Assembly: GCA_963708185.1 (NCBI GenBank)
Contig: OY970195.1
Location: 1,373,034-1,437,033 of the forward strand
From: Candidatus Peregrinibacteria bacterium
GTDB lineage: Bacteria > Patescibacteriota > Gracilibacteria > UBA1369
Length of the DNA stretch: 64,000 bases
Direction of reading: 5' to 3'
Shown: in pieces, positions 8,637-18,885 of the stretch
How positions within the stretch are numbered: position 1 is the stretch's first letter
Layout of the letters: every line of letters begins with the position of its first letter
The notes under the pieces: generated by a model
Told to the model about the DNA's origin: nothing
Databases searched by the model: none
The model's input: the letters and a program-made list of their open reading frames with translations, nothing else
Position numbers and translations under genes: made by a program

Positions 8637-10175
8637 ATGTCAATCAGCTTGGAGGAGAGGTTCGATACGCTTGTTGAGAAAGTTCTTGAGAAACGTCCCG
8701 TCCTCCGTGAAATCATCCAGAAACGTGGGCAAAAAAATCTTTACGATTACGCCAAAGATTATATCAACGTGAATTTGAATCCTCCGATTCAGCAGCGTCA
8801 GGATGAGATCATCGGGACTTTTCAGTCTGAGGTTGAAAGGCTTTTGGGGAAACAGATCGCCCAGGAGGCCGCGGACCAGCTGGCGGCGCACTATTACGTT
8901 TCGACGGCGGACCATCACGGTCCGGTTACCCATCCGTTTTTCATTAATTCCAATTTACTGACCGCTGCGCCGTTTTTTGAACATTCGGACCCGGTCCTCA
9001 AGAACGTCATCGTCTTTGCCTGCGGCAGCATCTCCCTCAATAACTCATCCTGGCCCCGCGGGCTTTTATTTAATACCTGCATGGACAACAAGATCCAGAC
9101 CCAGCGTCTGTCGTTTTTTCCTGCAAAAGACCGTTTGTGCCCCGTCTTCAACTACCGTTCCTATACCAAAGAGGATATTGAAAGGGCGCGCGCATCCCTG
9201 TTGACGATGATCAAGGAAGGGCAGGTTCCCGCCGATGAGGGGAAGAAGGTTGAAGCTTTGCTCGACGAAATTTACCTGCGGCCGGAAATGCTCGAATGCG
9301 ACAATTTCTCTGACCAGGTGACCAAGACGAATTTCCATCTGTGGAAGCGTTTTTTCGGCCAGAAGTATGAGAGCGAGGCTCCGAATCTTATTTATCTCGA
9401 GCAGGAAAGTCTCGTCTCGAAACTTATCGTTCAGCATCATCTTGAGAGCGATACCACGATTACGCACATCCTTTTTGATCCGGCTTACGAACTTCTCCTC
9501 TCGAACTATTTTGAAGGTATTCAGGGAGCTTTCGACCGCAAGGCGGACTATGGAACCTATCTTTTCTGGGCGTTGCCGAAGGGCGGAAAATACCGTGTTC
9601 AGATGTGGAAACAGGGCAGCAAACTTGTCACTGAAGACGGGTCTTACAGCCTGGAACTGACTCCGGCGAACATCAAAAAGGCGCTTGAAGCCAAGGAGAT
9701 CATTCCAAGCATGATGCTCTGTTATATCGTGCTGGCTTTTTACTACGGGTTGAAATGTCTCGGCGGATTCAGCCAGGTGAACTACCTGACCTTCATGAAG
9801 AACGCATACATCAAGATGCAGGTCGATCGCGGGAACTACCGCAGTATCGAAGTCTGCGCGCGTTCCCAGACCAAAGAGATGGGAGGGGATTTCACGCTCG
9901 CTTTCATGGAAGGTCCAAACGGCGAACTCGTTCCTTCGACGGGCCTGGATTTGATGCTCTACGGGACCGATGAAACCTGGCCGTGTCTCGTTGAACAGTC
10001 CAGGCTCATTTCGCTTCAGGAAGGTGTGTATTCGCTTATGCCCGAGTTTTATCACATCCTGTATCTGGAAACGGAACGTGATCCTGAACTCGCGAGCATC
10101 ACCGCCGAAGACGTCACCAAACTGATGAAACTTGATCAGAAAATGAAAGCCTGCACCAAGATCAAGCCCTACTAA
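8637..10175 (+). CDS. Conserved hypothetical protein (512 aa)
   Basis: Long ORF with core-like codon usage; motifs STADHHGP and CLGGFSQVNY not firmly assigned. Confidence 0.8.
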   Translation: MSISLEERFDTLVEKVLEKRPVLREIIQKRGQKNLYDYAKDYINVNLNPPIQQRQDEIIGTFQSEVERLLGKQIAQEAADQLAAHYYVSTADHHGPVTHPFFINSNLLTAAPFFEHSDPVLKNVIVFACGSISLNNSSWPRGLLFNTCMDNKIQTQRLSFFPAKDRLCPVFNYRSYTKEDIERARASLLTMIKEGQVPADEGKKVEALLDEIYLRPEMLECDNFSDQVTKTNFHLWKRFFGQKYESEAPNLIYLEQESLVSKLIVQHHLESDTTITHILFDPAYELLLSNYFEGIQGAFDRKADYGTYLFWALPKGGKYRVQMWKQGSKLVTEDGSYSLELTPANIKKALEAKEIIPSMMLCYIVLAFYYGLKCLGGFSQVNYLTFMKNAYIKMQVDRGNYRSIEVCARSQTKEMGGDFTLAFMEGPNGELVPSTGLDLMLYGTDETWPCLVEQSRLISLQEGVYSLMPEFYHILYLETERDPELASITAEDVTKLMKLDQKMKACTKIKPY

Positions 10176-10184
10176 TCAATACGA

Positions 10185-12479
10185 TTATTTTTTGTCCGGA
10201 GGGATGCTGTAATAGTTGAAGAGGTATTCGGCGAGGTCGTGATAGAGAACCGCAGTCGTCGAGTCGGCCCATTCTGACGTTCTGGGTCGGGTCATTTTGA
10301 CGAGAATGACGAACTTAGGATCGTTGATGGGAGCGAAGCCGAGGACGGTGACCACCGTCGTACCTACACCGCTGACAGCGGCTCCGTATTTATAGGTCTG
10401 GGCCGTTCCGGTTTTGGCCCCGATGTAGTGATCCGGAAGTTTGATTTTCCCGTAACTGTCTCCGTTTTCAACATTGTTGACGAGCATGGCCGTCATGGTG
10501 TTGGCGGTTTCTTCGCTGATGACCCTCTGAACGGCAACCGGGTCCGTTTTGGTGGTTTTGCCGCCTTTTTGCACGATACTGTCGACGATGTGGGGTTCCA
10601 TGAGTACGCCTTTGTTGGCGACCGCCGCGTAGGCGGTGACCATCTGGATCGGTGTGGCAAGAATACCCTGGCCGAAGGCGTGGTTGGCAAGTTCACTGTC
10701 CGTCCAGGTGTCGAACTGGGTGATCTTTCCCGGGCTTTCGTCGTCGAATTCGATACCGGTTCTTTCGTTGAATCCGAACTTGAGCATATAATTATAGAAA
10801 AGGTTGCGGCCCATCTTGCGCGCCACGAAGGAGATACCGGTGTTACAGGAGTTCTGGATGACCCAGGTCATGGTGGAGCGTCCGGTACATTTTGAGGAAA
10901 CGTTTTTGATCATGGCGTCGTAATGCTGACCGTCGGGTCCAACGTGCGGACCGTTGGGGTTCTTGTCGAGATAGAGCACTCCGGGGTCGGTGAAACTCGT
11001 CGACGGTTTGACGTCGCCGTCGTCGATGGCGGAAGACATGGTGATGATTTTATAGACCGACCCGGGTTCATAAGGGAGCGATACGGCTAGGTTCTGATAG
11101 GCCGAAGGCCCGACGTTGTTCTTGTATTTCTTGTAAATGACGCTCCCGTCCGATTCAGTTTCTTTAAAGACTTCGAAACGGTCGTCCTGCTGGACGTTGC
11201 GATAGAACCAGAAGGCATTGTCGGTCCCGGCGATGGGCACCAGGTTCTTGATGTCGTCGGCGCTCAGGTTGACGGGTTCGGTGTCGTAGACCGCGCTGTA
11301 GTCGTTGGGGTCGAAGGTCGGGTAGTCTGCCATGGCGATGATATTTCCGGTTTTGGGATCCATGACGATGACCTGTCCGTCGTTTGCCCTGAAGTCCTGG
11401 ACGTATTTTGCAAGGAGCTGTTCGACCTCCATCTGGATGGAACGGTCGATGGTCAGGACGATGTCGTCGCCGTCAACGGCGGGCTGGATGATGTTGTTGT
11501 CGCCGACGGTGATCTGGCGTCCGATACTGTCTTTCTGCGTCTGGAAGACGCCTTTTTTCCCCTGAAGCTGCGTGTTGTATTTGCTTTCGATGCCGTACTG
11601 TCCGATGCCCTGGGGAGTGACGAAGCCCAGGACGTTGGCGGCGAGCTGCCCTTCGGGGTAATAACGGAAATATTCTTCCTGAAGCCCCAGTCCGCTGAAG
11701 CTTTTCGTCTTGTCGTCGGTGATGAGCTTTTTGATCTGCGCGGAAATTTCGGGACTGAGTTTGCGTTTCAGAATGACGTAACGGTTCAGTCCTTTGAGGA
11801 TGCTTTCCAGTTCGGAAGGAGGAAGTTCAAGGATCGGACTCAGCGCGACGGCTACGGCGTGACGGTCGGCGATCTGCGCCGGGTAGGCGTTCAGTTGGCC
11901 TTCGTTGACTTCTATTCCGGTGAGTTTCATGCCGTCGATCTGTTCCAGGGTCTGTTGGTCAAGGTCGTTGCTCAGCAAAATCTGCGAACGCGTTTCCTGA
12001 CTGATTTTATCCAGAAGGTCGGCCGAAAACTGCTGGAAAAGCTCTTCATCGGTCAACGATTTGACCTGCGCTTTTTCTTCAGGGGTTTTGGCTTTGGCGA
12101 GGTCGACCTGGACTCTTTTTGCGTCTGTGTCGCGGGCCTCCTTGAGGTCGAAAATCATCGGAGCTATCCTGTCGGCGACCAGTTTTTTGTTGGTGATAAG
12201 CGTCGGGTCGGCATAGAGAAGATCCAGGGTGATGTTCGTCGCCACGCGGACCTGATCTCCCGAAGCGTAATCTTTGATGAAGATTTCACCGCGTCTGGCA
12301 GGGAGTTCGCTGTAGCCGTAGTGTTCCTTTGCGGCCACGGTTTCGTAGTAATCGTAACGCATGACCTGCAGGTAGAAAAGTCTCACGAGGATCACCGCCG
12401 TCATGAAGATCATGAAGGCCATCAGCCACGCCAGCCGGCTTCCGGGTTTTGAAGGTCGCTGTGCTCTTTTTTTTGCCAT
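10185..12479 (-). CDS. Class B penicillin-binding protein (FtsI/PBP2 family)
   Basis: N-terminal TM, RRGEI, EPGSVYK (SxxK), SCN, KTGT. Confidence 0.92.
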   Translation of the reverse strand: MAKKRAQRPSKPGSRLAWLMAFMIFMTAVILVRLFYLQVMRYDYYETVAAKEHYGYSELPARRGEIFIKDYASGDQVRVATNITLDLLYADPTLITNKKLVADRIAPMIFDLKEARDTDAKRVQVDLAKAKTPEEKAQVKSLTDEELFQQFSADLLDKISQETRSQILLSNDLDQQTLEQIDGMKLTGIEVNEGQLNAYPAQIADRHAVAVALSPILELPPSELESILKGLNRYVILKRKLSPEISAQIKKLITDDKTKSFSGLGLQEEYFRYYPEGQLAANVLGFVTPQGIGQYGIESKYNTQLQGKKGVFQTQKDSIGRQITVGDNNIIQPAVDGDDIVLTIDRSIQMEVEQLLAKYVQDFRANDGQVIVMDPKTGNIIAMADYPTFDPNDYSAVYDTEPVNLSADDIKNLVPIAGTDNAFWFYRNVQQDDRFEVFKETESDGSVIYKKYKNNVGPSAYQNLAVSLPYEPGSVYKIITMSSAIDDGDVKPSTSFTDPGVLYLDKNPNGPHVGPDGQHYDAMIKNVSSKCTGRSTMTWVIQNSCNTGISFVARKMGRNLFYNYMLKFGFNERTGIEFDDESPGKITQFDTWTDSELANHAFGQGILATPIQMVTAYAAVANKGVLMEPHIVDSIVQKGGKTTKTDPVAVQRVISEETANTMTAMLVNNVENGDSYGKIKLPDHYIGAKTGTAQTYKYGAAVSGVGTTVVTVLGFAPINDPKFVILVKMTRPRTSEWADSTTAVLYHDLAEYLFNYYSIPPDKK

Positions 12480-12578
12480 AACAGTGAAAGTGATTGCGGG
12501 ATGGTATTATAGAGGGATTTTTATAAAATTTCCAACGTGGTATAATACCCCAGAGTTTTAGCCCTTATTATTACGAAA

Positions 12579-13847
12579 ATGTCACGGAAGACCACCCTTG
12601 AAAACGGCTTGCGGATAGTCACAAAAGAACTTGATAATACCAAATCGGTGACGGTGCTCATTCTTGTGGGAGCGGGCTCCCGCTATGAGGTGAAGGAGAT
12701 CAACGGCATCTCACATTTCTTGGAGCACATGTTTTTTAAAGGCGCGAAGAAGTATAAAAATACGAAAGAGGTTTCCGAAGCGATCGACGGGGTCGGCGGG
12801 GATTTCAATGCTTTTACGGGTAAAGAGTATGCCGGTTACTACGTGAAGGTCGCGGACAAGCATGTCGGTTTGGCCCTCGACGTGCTCGGAGACATGCTTA
12901 TCCATTCCAAATTTGATCCCGTTGAGATCGACAAGGAACGCGGCGTCATCATGGAGGAGTACAACATGTATCAGGACACGCCGATGTACCAGATCGGATG
13001 GGATTTTGAACGGCTCATCTACGGGGATCAGCCCATCGGATGGGACCAGGTCGGCACCAAAGAGGTGATCATGGGCGTCCAGCAAAAGGATTTTTTGAAA
13101 TATCGCAGCGAACTCTATACTCCGGAAAATACCGTCATCGCCATCGCCGGTAACGTCGATCATGACAACGTCGTCGAACAGATCGAAAAACTTTTTGAGT
13201 TCGAAAAAAAGAAAAAAGATTACAACTTTCTTCCGGTGAAGGAGTTCAATACGGGCTCCAGGCTTTATTTGAGAACCAAGAAGACGGAACAGGCTCACCT
13301 GATGCTCGGTTTCCCGGGATACCCTGAACAACATAAGGACCACTACACAGCCAGACTGTTGGCCGTCGCCCTCGGCGGAAACATGAGTTCGCGCATGTTC
13401 CTTTCCGTCCGTGAACAGCAGGGCCTTGCCTACTACATCAATTCGACCACCGACGAATATACGGATACCGGGACGTTCACCACGAATGCCGGCGTCTCTT
13501 TGGACGGCATAGACAAGGCGATCGTGGCCATCATGAAGGAGTACAAGAAAATCATGGATGAACCCGTGCCTCCGGCTGAACTGAAAAAAGCCCAGGAATT
13601 CCTGAAAGGGAAAATGGTGCTGAGGCTTGAGGATTCGGAAGAGTACGCCCATTTGCTGGGAAAATACGAACTTCTCTACTCCAAAATGAGAAGTCCGGAA
13701 GAGATCATGAAGCAGATCGACAAGGTCACGGTGAAAGACCTGCAGCGCGTCGCACAGGATCTTTTCAAGGAAGATGCGGTCCGTCTTGCCGTGATCGGGC
13801 CCTATGAAGATCAGGAACGCTTTTTGAAACTGTTGAAATTCTCCTGA
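12579..13847 (+). CDS. M16 family zinc peptidase
   Basis: HFLEHMFFKG inverzincin HxxEH motif. Confidence 0.92.
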   Translation: MSRKTTLENGLRIVTKELDNTKSVTVLILVGAGSRYEVKEINGISHFLEHMFFKGAKKYKNTKEVSEAIDGVGGDFNAFTGKEYAGYYVKVADKHVGLALDVLGDMLIHSKFDPVEIDKERGVIMEEYNMYQDTPMYQIGWDFERLIYGDQPIGWDQVGTKEVIMGVQQKDFLKYRSELYTPENTVIAIAGNVDHDNVVEQIEKLFEFEKKKKDYNFLPVKEFNTGSRLYLRTKKTEQAHLMLGFPGYPEQHKDHYTARLLAVALGGNMSSRMFLSVREQQGLAYYINSTTDEYTDTGTFTTNAGVSLDGIDKAIVAIMKEYKKIMDEPVPPAELKKAQEFLKGKMVLRLEDSEEYAHLLGKYELLYSKMRSPEEIMKQIDKVTVKDLQRVAQDLFKEDAVRLAVIGPYEDQERFLKLLKFS

Positions 13848-13901
13848 TCATCAGTATTATAGTGCGTGTTTAAGGTTTATTCATTAATCGATTCATATTC
13901 T

Positions 13902-14390
13902 ATGGCTATGGATTTTAAGGGAGTCAAAGAGAAAACATTGGTGCTTATCAAGCCGGACGGCATTCAGCGCGGTCTGGTGGGAGAAGTCATGGCGCGTTTT
14001 GAACGGAAAGGTCTGAAACTCGCGGGCTTGAAGATGATGACCCTGGATGAAGCCGTATTACGTGAACATTACGCTCATATCGCTGACAAGCCTTTCTTCC
14101 CGGGCGTCAGCCAGTTCATGCAGAGTTCTCCGGTTGTGGCCATGTGTTGGGAAGGTCTTGAAGTCGTGCAGGCAGTGAGAATTTTGTGCGGTGTCACCAA
14201 GTCGCGCGCGGCCGATGCAGGTTCCATCCGCGGTGATTTCGCCATGAGCGTGGCATGCAACGTCATCCATGCGTCCGATTCCGTTGAAACGGCGATGAAG
14301 GAGGTCCCGCGTTTCTTCAATCCCGATGAAGTTTTTGAATACAAGAAATCCGAGTACGAGCATGTCTACATGGAGGATGAAAAGTCCTAG
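13902..14390 (+). CDS. ndk: Nucleoside diphosphate kinase
   Basis: TLVLIKPDG, GSIRGDF, NVIHASDS. Confidence 0.95.
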   Translation: MAMDFKGVKEKTLVLIKPDGIQRGLVGEVMARFERKGLKLAGLKMMTLDEAVLREHYAHIADKPFFPGVSQFMQSSPVVAMCWEGLEVVQAVRILCGVTKSRAADAGSIRGDFAMSVACNVIHASDSVETAMKEVPRFFNPDEVFEYKKSEYEHVYMEDEKS

Positions 14391-14399
14391 TTCTTTTGT

Positions 14400-15788
14400 A
14401 TGCCTTTTTTAAAGCTCGCCTCCCTTAAGCGGAAGCTTTCGCAAGGCGAGAATGATATCAGTATTTTTGAAAGCGTGCGCGGCAGGTCAGCTTTTCTGTT
14501 GCACGGCGCCGAAGGAAGATACAGTTTTATCGGATACGATCCTTTCGCAAAAATCTGGAGCAGGAAAGGGGTGACCCAGCTTGAAAAGCTCAAAGATTTC
14601 TATGATTGGAAAAAGTCAGATTCCATCCAGATGTTCGAAGGGGATCCCATCGGAGTTTTACGTAAACTGTCGGCGCATTTTCGTTATAACGGCAAGTCCC
14701 CGGTTCCGTTTTGCGGAGGTTTGGCCGGATATTTCAGCTACGATTTCGGAGCTTCCATGGGCGGTGTCCGTCAGAAAGTTTTCGACGACCTCGAGCTTCC
14801 GGATTTCGTTTTCTGTTTCGTCAATAAGCTGCTGGCGATAGATCATGAACTTTCCGAGCTTCATTTGCTGGCGCTCGCTCCGACGGACGCAAGGGCGGAA
14901 TACGTTTTGAAATCTATGGAGGCTGACCTTGAAGGGACTTCCGACCTTATCGCTGCCGGGGATATCGGCGAGATCCAGTCCAATCTCAGTTTCGAAAAGT
15001 ACTCTTTGAAACTTGCGAAGATCCGCCACTATCTGGAGGAAGGGGAGACGTATCAGGTAAATTTTTCCCAGCGTTTTTCCGCGTCGAGTACTCGTGATCC
15101 CTGGTCCGTTTATAAATCTCTGGATAAGATCAATCCGGCGGATTACGGCTGTTTTTTCGATTTCGAAGATTTTCAGATCGTAAGTTCCTCACCCGAACTG
15201 CTGCTGAAAAAAAACGGGTCTTCGATCGTGACGAAACCTATCAAGGGGACCGTGGCGAAAGGGAAAAACAATCGGGAAGATGAGGAAAACATTGAGGTTC
15301 TCAGAAGGTCGAAAAAAGATGCGGCGGAGCTGGCGATGATCGTCGATCTTGAACGCAACGATATCGGAAAGGTATGTGAACCCGGTACTGTAAGAGTAAA
15401 ATCGCATCGGGAAGTGAAAAAACTGGCGCGGGTTATTCACACGCTCTCGACCGTTGAAGGGAAGCTTCACCACAACAGAGACTTTCTTGATGCTTTCGAG
15501 GCACTGTTCCCCGGGGGGTCCATTACCGGTTGTCCCAAAAAGCGGACCATGGAGATCATCGACGAGCTTGAGGATTTCAGGCGGGGCATTTACACCGGCT
15601 CGGCCGGATATCTGGGATTTGACGGAAACGGCGAGATGAACATTCTTATCAGGACTCTGCTCGTGAAGGACGGCCGGTTGTATTTTCAGGCTGGAGGAGG
15701 CATCGTCATCGATTCGGATGCCGGGAAAGAGTATGAGGAAAGTTTTCGAAAAGCTTTGGCCATCAATGAGGCTTTAGGGAAATCATGA
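14400..15788 (+). CDS. pabB: Aminodeoxychorismate synthase component I (chorismate-binding)
   Basis: SSPELLL, KPIKGT, MIVDLERND, FPGGSITGCPK; folate gene context. Confidence 0.85.
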   Translation: MPFLKLASLKRKLSQGENDISIFESVRGRSAFLLHGAEGRYSFIGYDPFAKIWSRKGVTQLEKLKDFYDWKKSDSIQMFEGDPIGVLRKLSAHFRYNGKSPVPFCGGLAGYFSYDFGASMGGVRQKVFDDLELPDFVFCFVNKLLAIDHELSELHLLALAPTDARAEYVLKSMEADLEGTSDLIAAGDIGEIQSNLSFEKYSLKLAKIRHYLEEGETYQVNFSQRFSASSTRDPWSVYKSLDKINPADYGCFFDFEDFQIVSSSPELLLKKNGSSIVTKPIKGTVAKGKNNREDEENIEVLRRSKKDAAELAMIVDLERNDIGKVCEPGTVRVKSHREVKKLARVIHTLSTVEGKLHHNRDFLDAFEALFPGGSITGCPKKRTMEIIDELEDFRRGIYTGSAGYLGFDGNGEMNILIRTLLVKDGRLYFQAGGGIVIDSDAGKEYEESFRKALAINEALGKS

Positions 15789-15880
15789 TAATGTCATAAA
15801 AAGATGCTGCCGTCATTTATATTGACTAATTCAGCTATTGCATTTTGATTTTCCTGCTGTAGTATGCTTGGTGGTAAGTT

Positions 15881-16276
15881 TTGTTTATGCCTTCAAGTAC
15901 ACCAGCACCGGCTCCGCAGGAAAATCTATTGCCTGATGAACCCCTCAATACGGGGGTCAGGCTTATTTCACCGATTTCTCCGGAGCCTCACGACACGGTT
16001 CAGGATCTTGAACCTTCACTCGAAGACGGGTCGGTGGAAGGCGTTGCCGGGCAGATTCATCTTTTAGCTTCTGCTGCGCTTAAACCCCAGCCCGTGCCGG
16101 ATATGGACGAGGAGGTTGATGCGAATGTTTTTGTCGAAATGTTTATGCGCGACCCCGACGATTTTTCGGAAACGACCGAGGTCACCCAGGCTCCCTTCAA
16201 GGTTGTTGCGGAGAGCTCCACTGACGAAGAAGAGAACATCGATCTGGTCCGTCCGGATTTGGAAGACGTCGATTAA
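15881..16276 (+). CDS. Acidic low-complexity hypothetical protein
   Basis: Pro/Glu/Asp-rich ORF; ATG start probably 15887. Confidence 0.5.
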   Translation: MFMPSSTPAPAPQENLLPDEPLNTGVRLISPISPEPHDTVQDLEPSLEDGSVEGVAGQIHLLASAALKPQPVPDMDEEVDANVFVEMFMRDPDDFSETTEVTQAPFKVVAESSTDEEENIDLVRPDLEDVD

Positions 16277-16293
16277 ATTTTTGTTTTTTTTCT

Positions 16294-16656
16294 ATGGCAA
16301 GTTCAACGCCGCCGGCATACCTCCGGGAACCAACGGAAAATGATCCGGGGTCTACGAAAGTGGAGGTTCCGGAGACCTGTAAATCGGGAGTTCATGCCGC
16401 CGAGGATTTTATCAAAGCCCACGTTGACGTGAGCAAACCGGTTCGCATAAAAATTGCCAGGGTCATCCGCATGAAAGAGATTCGGGAAGTGAGCAGGCGG
16501 GAACTGGAACGTGAAGAAGAGGTGGTTTTCCCGAGCCAGGAGCTTCTTGAAAAAATCGAGCATTGCAGATCTGCCGAAGATTTTTTGGGAGTCATTGACG
16601 CCATGTTCCTGGAAGATGATAAAATAAAAGCAGAAAAGAAAAAGAGGGGGTTCTGA
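16294..16656 (+). CDS. Hypothetical protein
   Basis: ORF in operon orientation. Confidence 0.55.
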   Translation: MASSTPPAYLREPTENDPGSTKVEVPETCKSGVHAAEDFIKAHVDVSKPVRIKIARVIRMKEIREVSRRELEREEEVVFPSQELLEKIEHCRSAEDFLGVIDAMFLEDDKIKAEKKKRGF

Positions 16657-16668
16657 TAAAAAATCTCT

Positions 16669-17529
16669 ATGGTTGTTTTTTTGAACGGTCGGTTCGTGGA
16701 CGTCCGAACAGCGAAAGTTTCTGTTTTTGATCACGGTTTTTTGTATGCCGACGGGGTCTACGAGACCTTGCGCACGTACGGTGGTTTTGTGTGGCAGCCC
16801 GGTGAACATTTGGGAAGGATGCGGAGATCCGCGAAGATGATCGGCCTTGATGTGCCGTGGACGCTCGAACAGATGGAGCGATGGATCCTGGAGGCCGTCA
16901 AACGCAACGGTTTCAGGGAATCGAGAATTCGCGTTACGGTGACGCGCGGCGAGAACGGTTTTGATTTCGGCAAAGCGATGAAGCCGACGATCTGTATTCA
17001 GGTCCAGAAGCTGGTTCCGCAACCCGGGTCGGTGTATCAAAAGGGTGTGGACGCGGTGGTTTTCCGCGGGAAAAGGATTTTGCCCGAAGCAAAAACGCTC
17101 AATCTGCTGCCGATGGTCATGGCTCAGCGTTTCATGAAAGAACACAACGCGTATGAAGCTTTTTTTGTTGACGGGAAAGGGAATGTGAAAGAGGGAACGG
17201 TCACGAATATTTTTATGGTCCGCAAGGGCGTACTCGTGACTCCGGGGAAGGGCATACTTGCGGGAACGACGCGTGATGTTTTGTTGAAGGTGGCGCGGCG
17301 CCTGCGTTTGAAAGTACGGGTGCGGGACATCAAACTCCGCGAAATGTACCATGCCGAAGAGCTTTTTATCACCAACGCGCCGCGCGGCATCGTGCCGGTG
17401 CGCAGAGTGAAAGGTTATGCGATAGGCTCCGAAAAATGGAAAGCCGTGAAATGTCCCGGACCTGTGACGAAAATGCTCATGAAGGCTTTTCAAGCCAAGA
17501 TTGAAGAGTTTATTGCTGGACAGTCCTGA
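16669..17529 (+). CDS. Class IV PLP aminotransferase, probably aminodeoxychorismate lyase (PabC-like)
   Basis: DHGFLYADGVYETLR, AKTLN, EGTVTNIF, ILAGTTR; adjacent to folP. Confidence 0.85.
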   Translation: MVVFLNGRFVDVRTAKVSVFDHGFLYADGVYETLRTYGGFVWQPGEHLGRMRRSAKMIGLDVPWTLEQMERWILEAVKRNGFRESRIRVTVTRGENGFDFGKAMKPTICIQVQKLVPQPGSVYQKGVDAVVFRGKRILPEAKTLNLLPMVMAQRFMKEHNAYEAFFVDGKGNVKEGTVTNIFMVRKGVLVTPGKGILAGTTRDVLLKVARRLRLKVRVRDIKLREMYHAEELFITNAPRGIVPVRRVKGYAIGSEKWKAVKCPGPVTKMLMKAFQAKIEEFIAGQS

Positions 17530-17556
17530 TTTCGGGTATCATCTGATCCTGTTTTT

Positions 17557-18408
17557 ATGTTTATGGATCATTTGCTGATAAGCCGCGAAAAAAAGCTTTC
17601 TTTCGAGAAGCCTCTGGTGATGGGGATTTTGAACGTCACTCCCGATTCTTTTTCCGACGGCGGTCAATTCCATAATGCCGGTGAAGCGGTTGAGCATGCT
17701 TTGAAGATGATTGAAGAAGGGGCCGACATCATTGATATGGGCGGTGAGTCCACCGGGCCGGGTTCCAAAGACGTCAGCATGGATGAAGAGCTTTTCCGCG
17801 TTATGCCGGTGTTTGAAGCTTTACGCAAACGGACGGAGGCGTGGATTTCCGTTGATACGTATAAATCCGGTGTGGCCAAGGCGGTTCTGGACGGTGGAGC
17901 GGATATGATCAATGACGTCACGGCTTTGCGAGGGGATTCGAAGATGGCAGAGCTTCTTGCCGCCGGCGACGTTCCCGTGGTGCTGATGTATTCCAAGGAT
18001 TCAACGGCTCGGACGACGCGTGAAGAAACGCATTACGATGACGTTGTGGCAACGGTGAAGAAATTTTTTGAAGAACGCCTGAAGTATGCCGAGGAATCGG
18101 GTCTGGCAAAAAGCCGTTTGATTCTTGATCCGGGGATGGGGGCTTTCGTCAGCGCCGACCCAAAGTACAGCCTGCAGCTCTTAAAAAGGCTTCGTGAGTT
18201 TGATCCGTTCGGTTTGCCGGTTCTGGTCGGTCCTTCACGGAAATCTTTCATCGGGCAGGTGCTGGCTGTTCCTTTGCATCAGCGCCTGGAAGGAACGCTT
18301 GCAGCCTGCGCGGCTGCCGTGATGAACGGGGCTTCCATTTTACGCGTTCATGATGTACAAGAAACTCGGCGCACGGTGGATATGATCCGCGCCATCATGA
18401 CTTCCTAA
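17557..18408 (+). CDS. folP: Dihydropteroate synthase
   Basis: MGILNVTPDSFSDGG, DPGMG, SRKSFIG, LRVHDV. Confidence 0.95.
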   Translation: MFMDHLLISREKKLSFEKPLVMGILNVTPDSFSDGGQFHNAGEAVEHALKMIEEGADIIDMGGESTGPGSKDVSMDEELFRVMPVFEALRKRTEAWISVDTYKSGVAKAVLDGGADMINDVTALRGDSKMAELLAAGDVPVVLMYSKDSTARTTREETHYDDVVATVKKFFEERLKYAEESGLAKSRLILDPGMGAFVSADPKYSLQLLKRLREFDPFGLPVLVGPSRKSFIGQVLAVPLHQRLEGTLAACAAAVMNGASILRVHDVQETRRTVDMIRAIMTS

Positions 18409-18416
18409 CCGCCATT

Positions 18417-18872
18417 ATGTTCGTTACCAAAGAGTTCACTTTTGATTCCGCCCATTTTCTCACCAACTATTACGGTAAGTGTGAGCGTGTTCACGGGCAT
18501 ACGTTCCGGCTGCAGGTGACGGTGGACGGGAAAGTCCAGAGCAACGGCCTGGTGATCGATTTTGTGGTGCTCAAACGTATCGTCAAACGGCAGGTTCTTG
18601 ATAAGCTCGACCATCATCTCCTCAACGACATCGTGGGAAATCCTTCCGCGGAAAGACTCGTCGTCTGGATCTGGGATCAGTTGAAAGATCTGCGCAAACT
18701 GCTCGAGAAAGAGTTCGATGATCCGAACCTCGGGGAAGATCTCAAAAAATATTTCGATAAGAAACATTCGGAACAAGAGCTGGCACCTTTCCCATTTGAC
18801 CAGGCGCTGCGTCTCCATGAGGTCAAACTCTGGGAAACCGCGTCGAGCTGCGTCACGTACCGCGGAGAATAG
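18417..18872 (+). CDS. 6-pyruvoyl-tetrahydropterin synthase family (QueD-like, CExxHGH PTPS-I/III type)
   Basis: FDSAH, CERVHGH, LDHH.LN, PSAE, LWET; lies between folP and folK. Confidence 0.88.
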   Translation: MFVTKEFTFDSAHFLTNYYGKCERVHGHTFRLQVTVDGKVQSNGLVIDFVVLKRIVKRQVLDKLDHHLLNDIVGNPSAERLVVWIWDQLKDLRKLLEKEFDDPNLGEDLKKYFDKKHSEQELAPFPFDQALRLHEVKLWETASSCVTYRGE

Positions 18873-18885
18873 TTTTTCAACCGTC

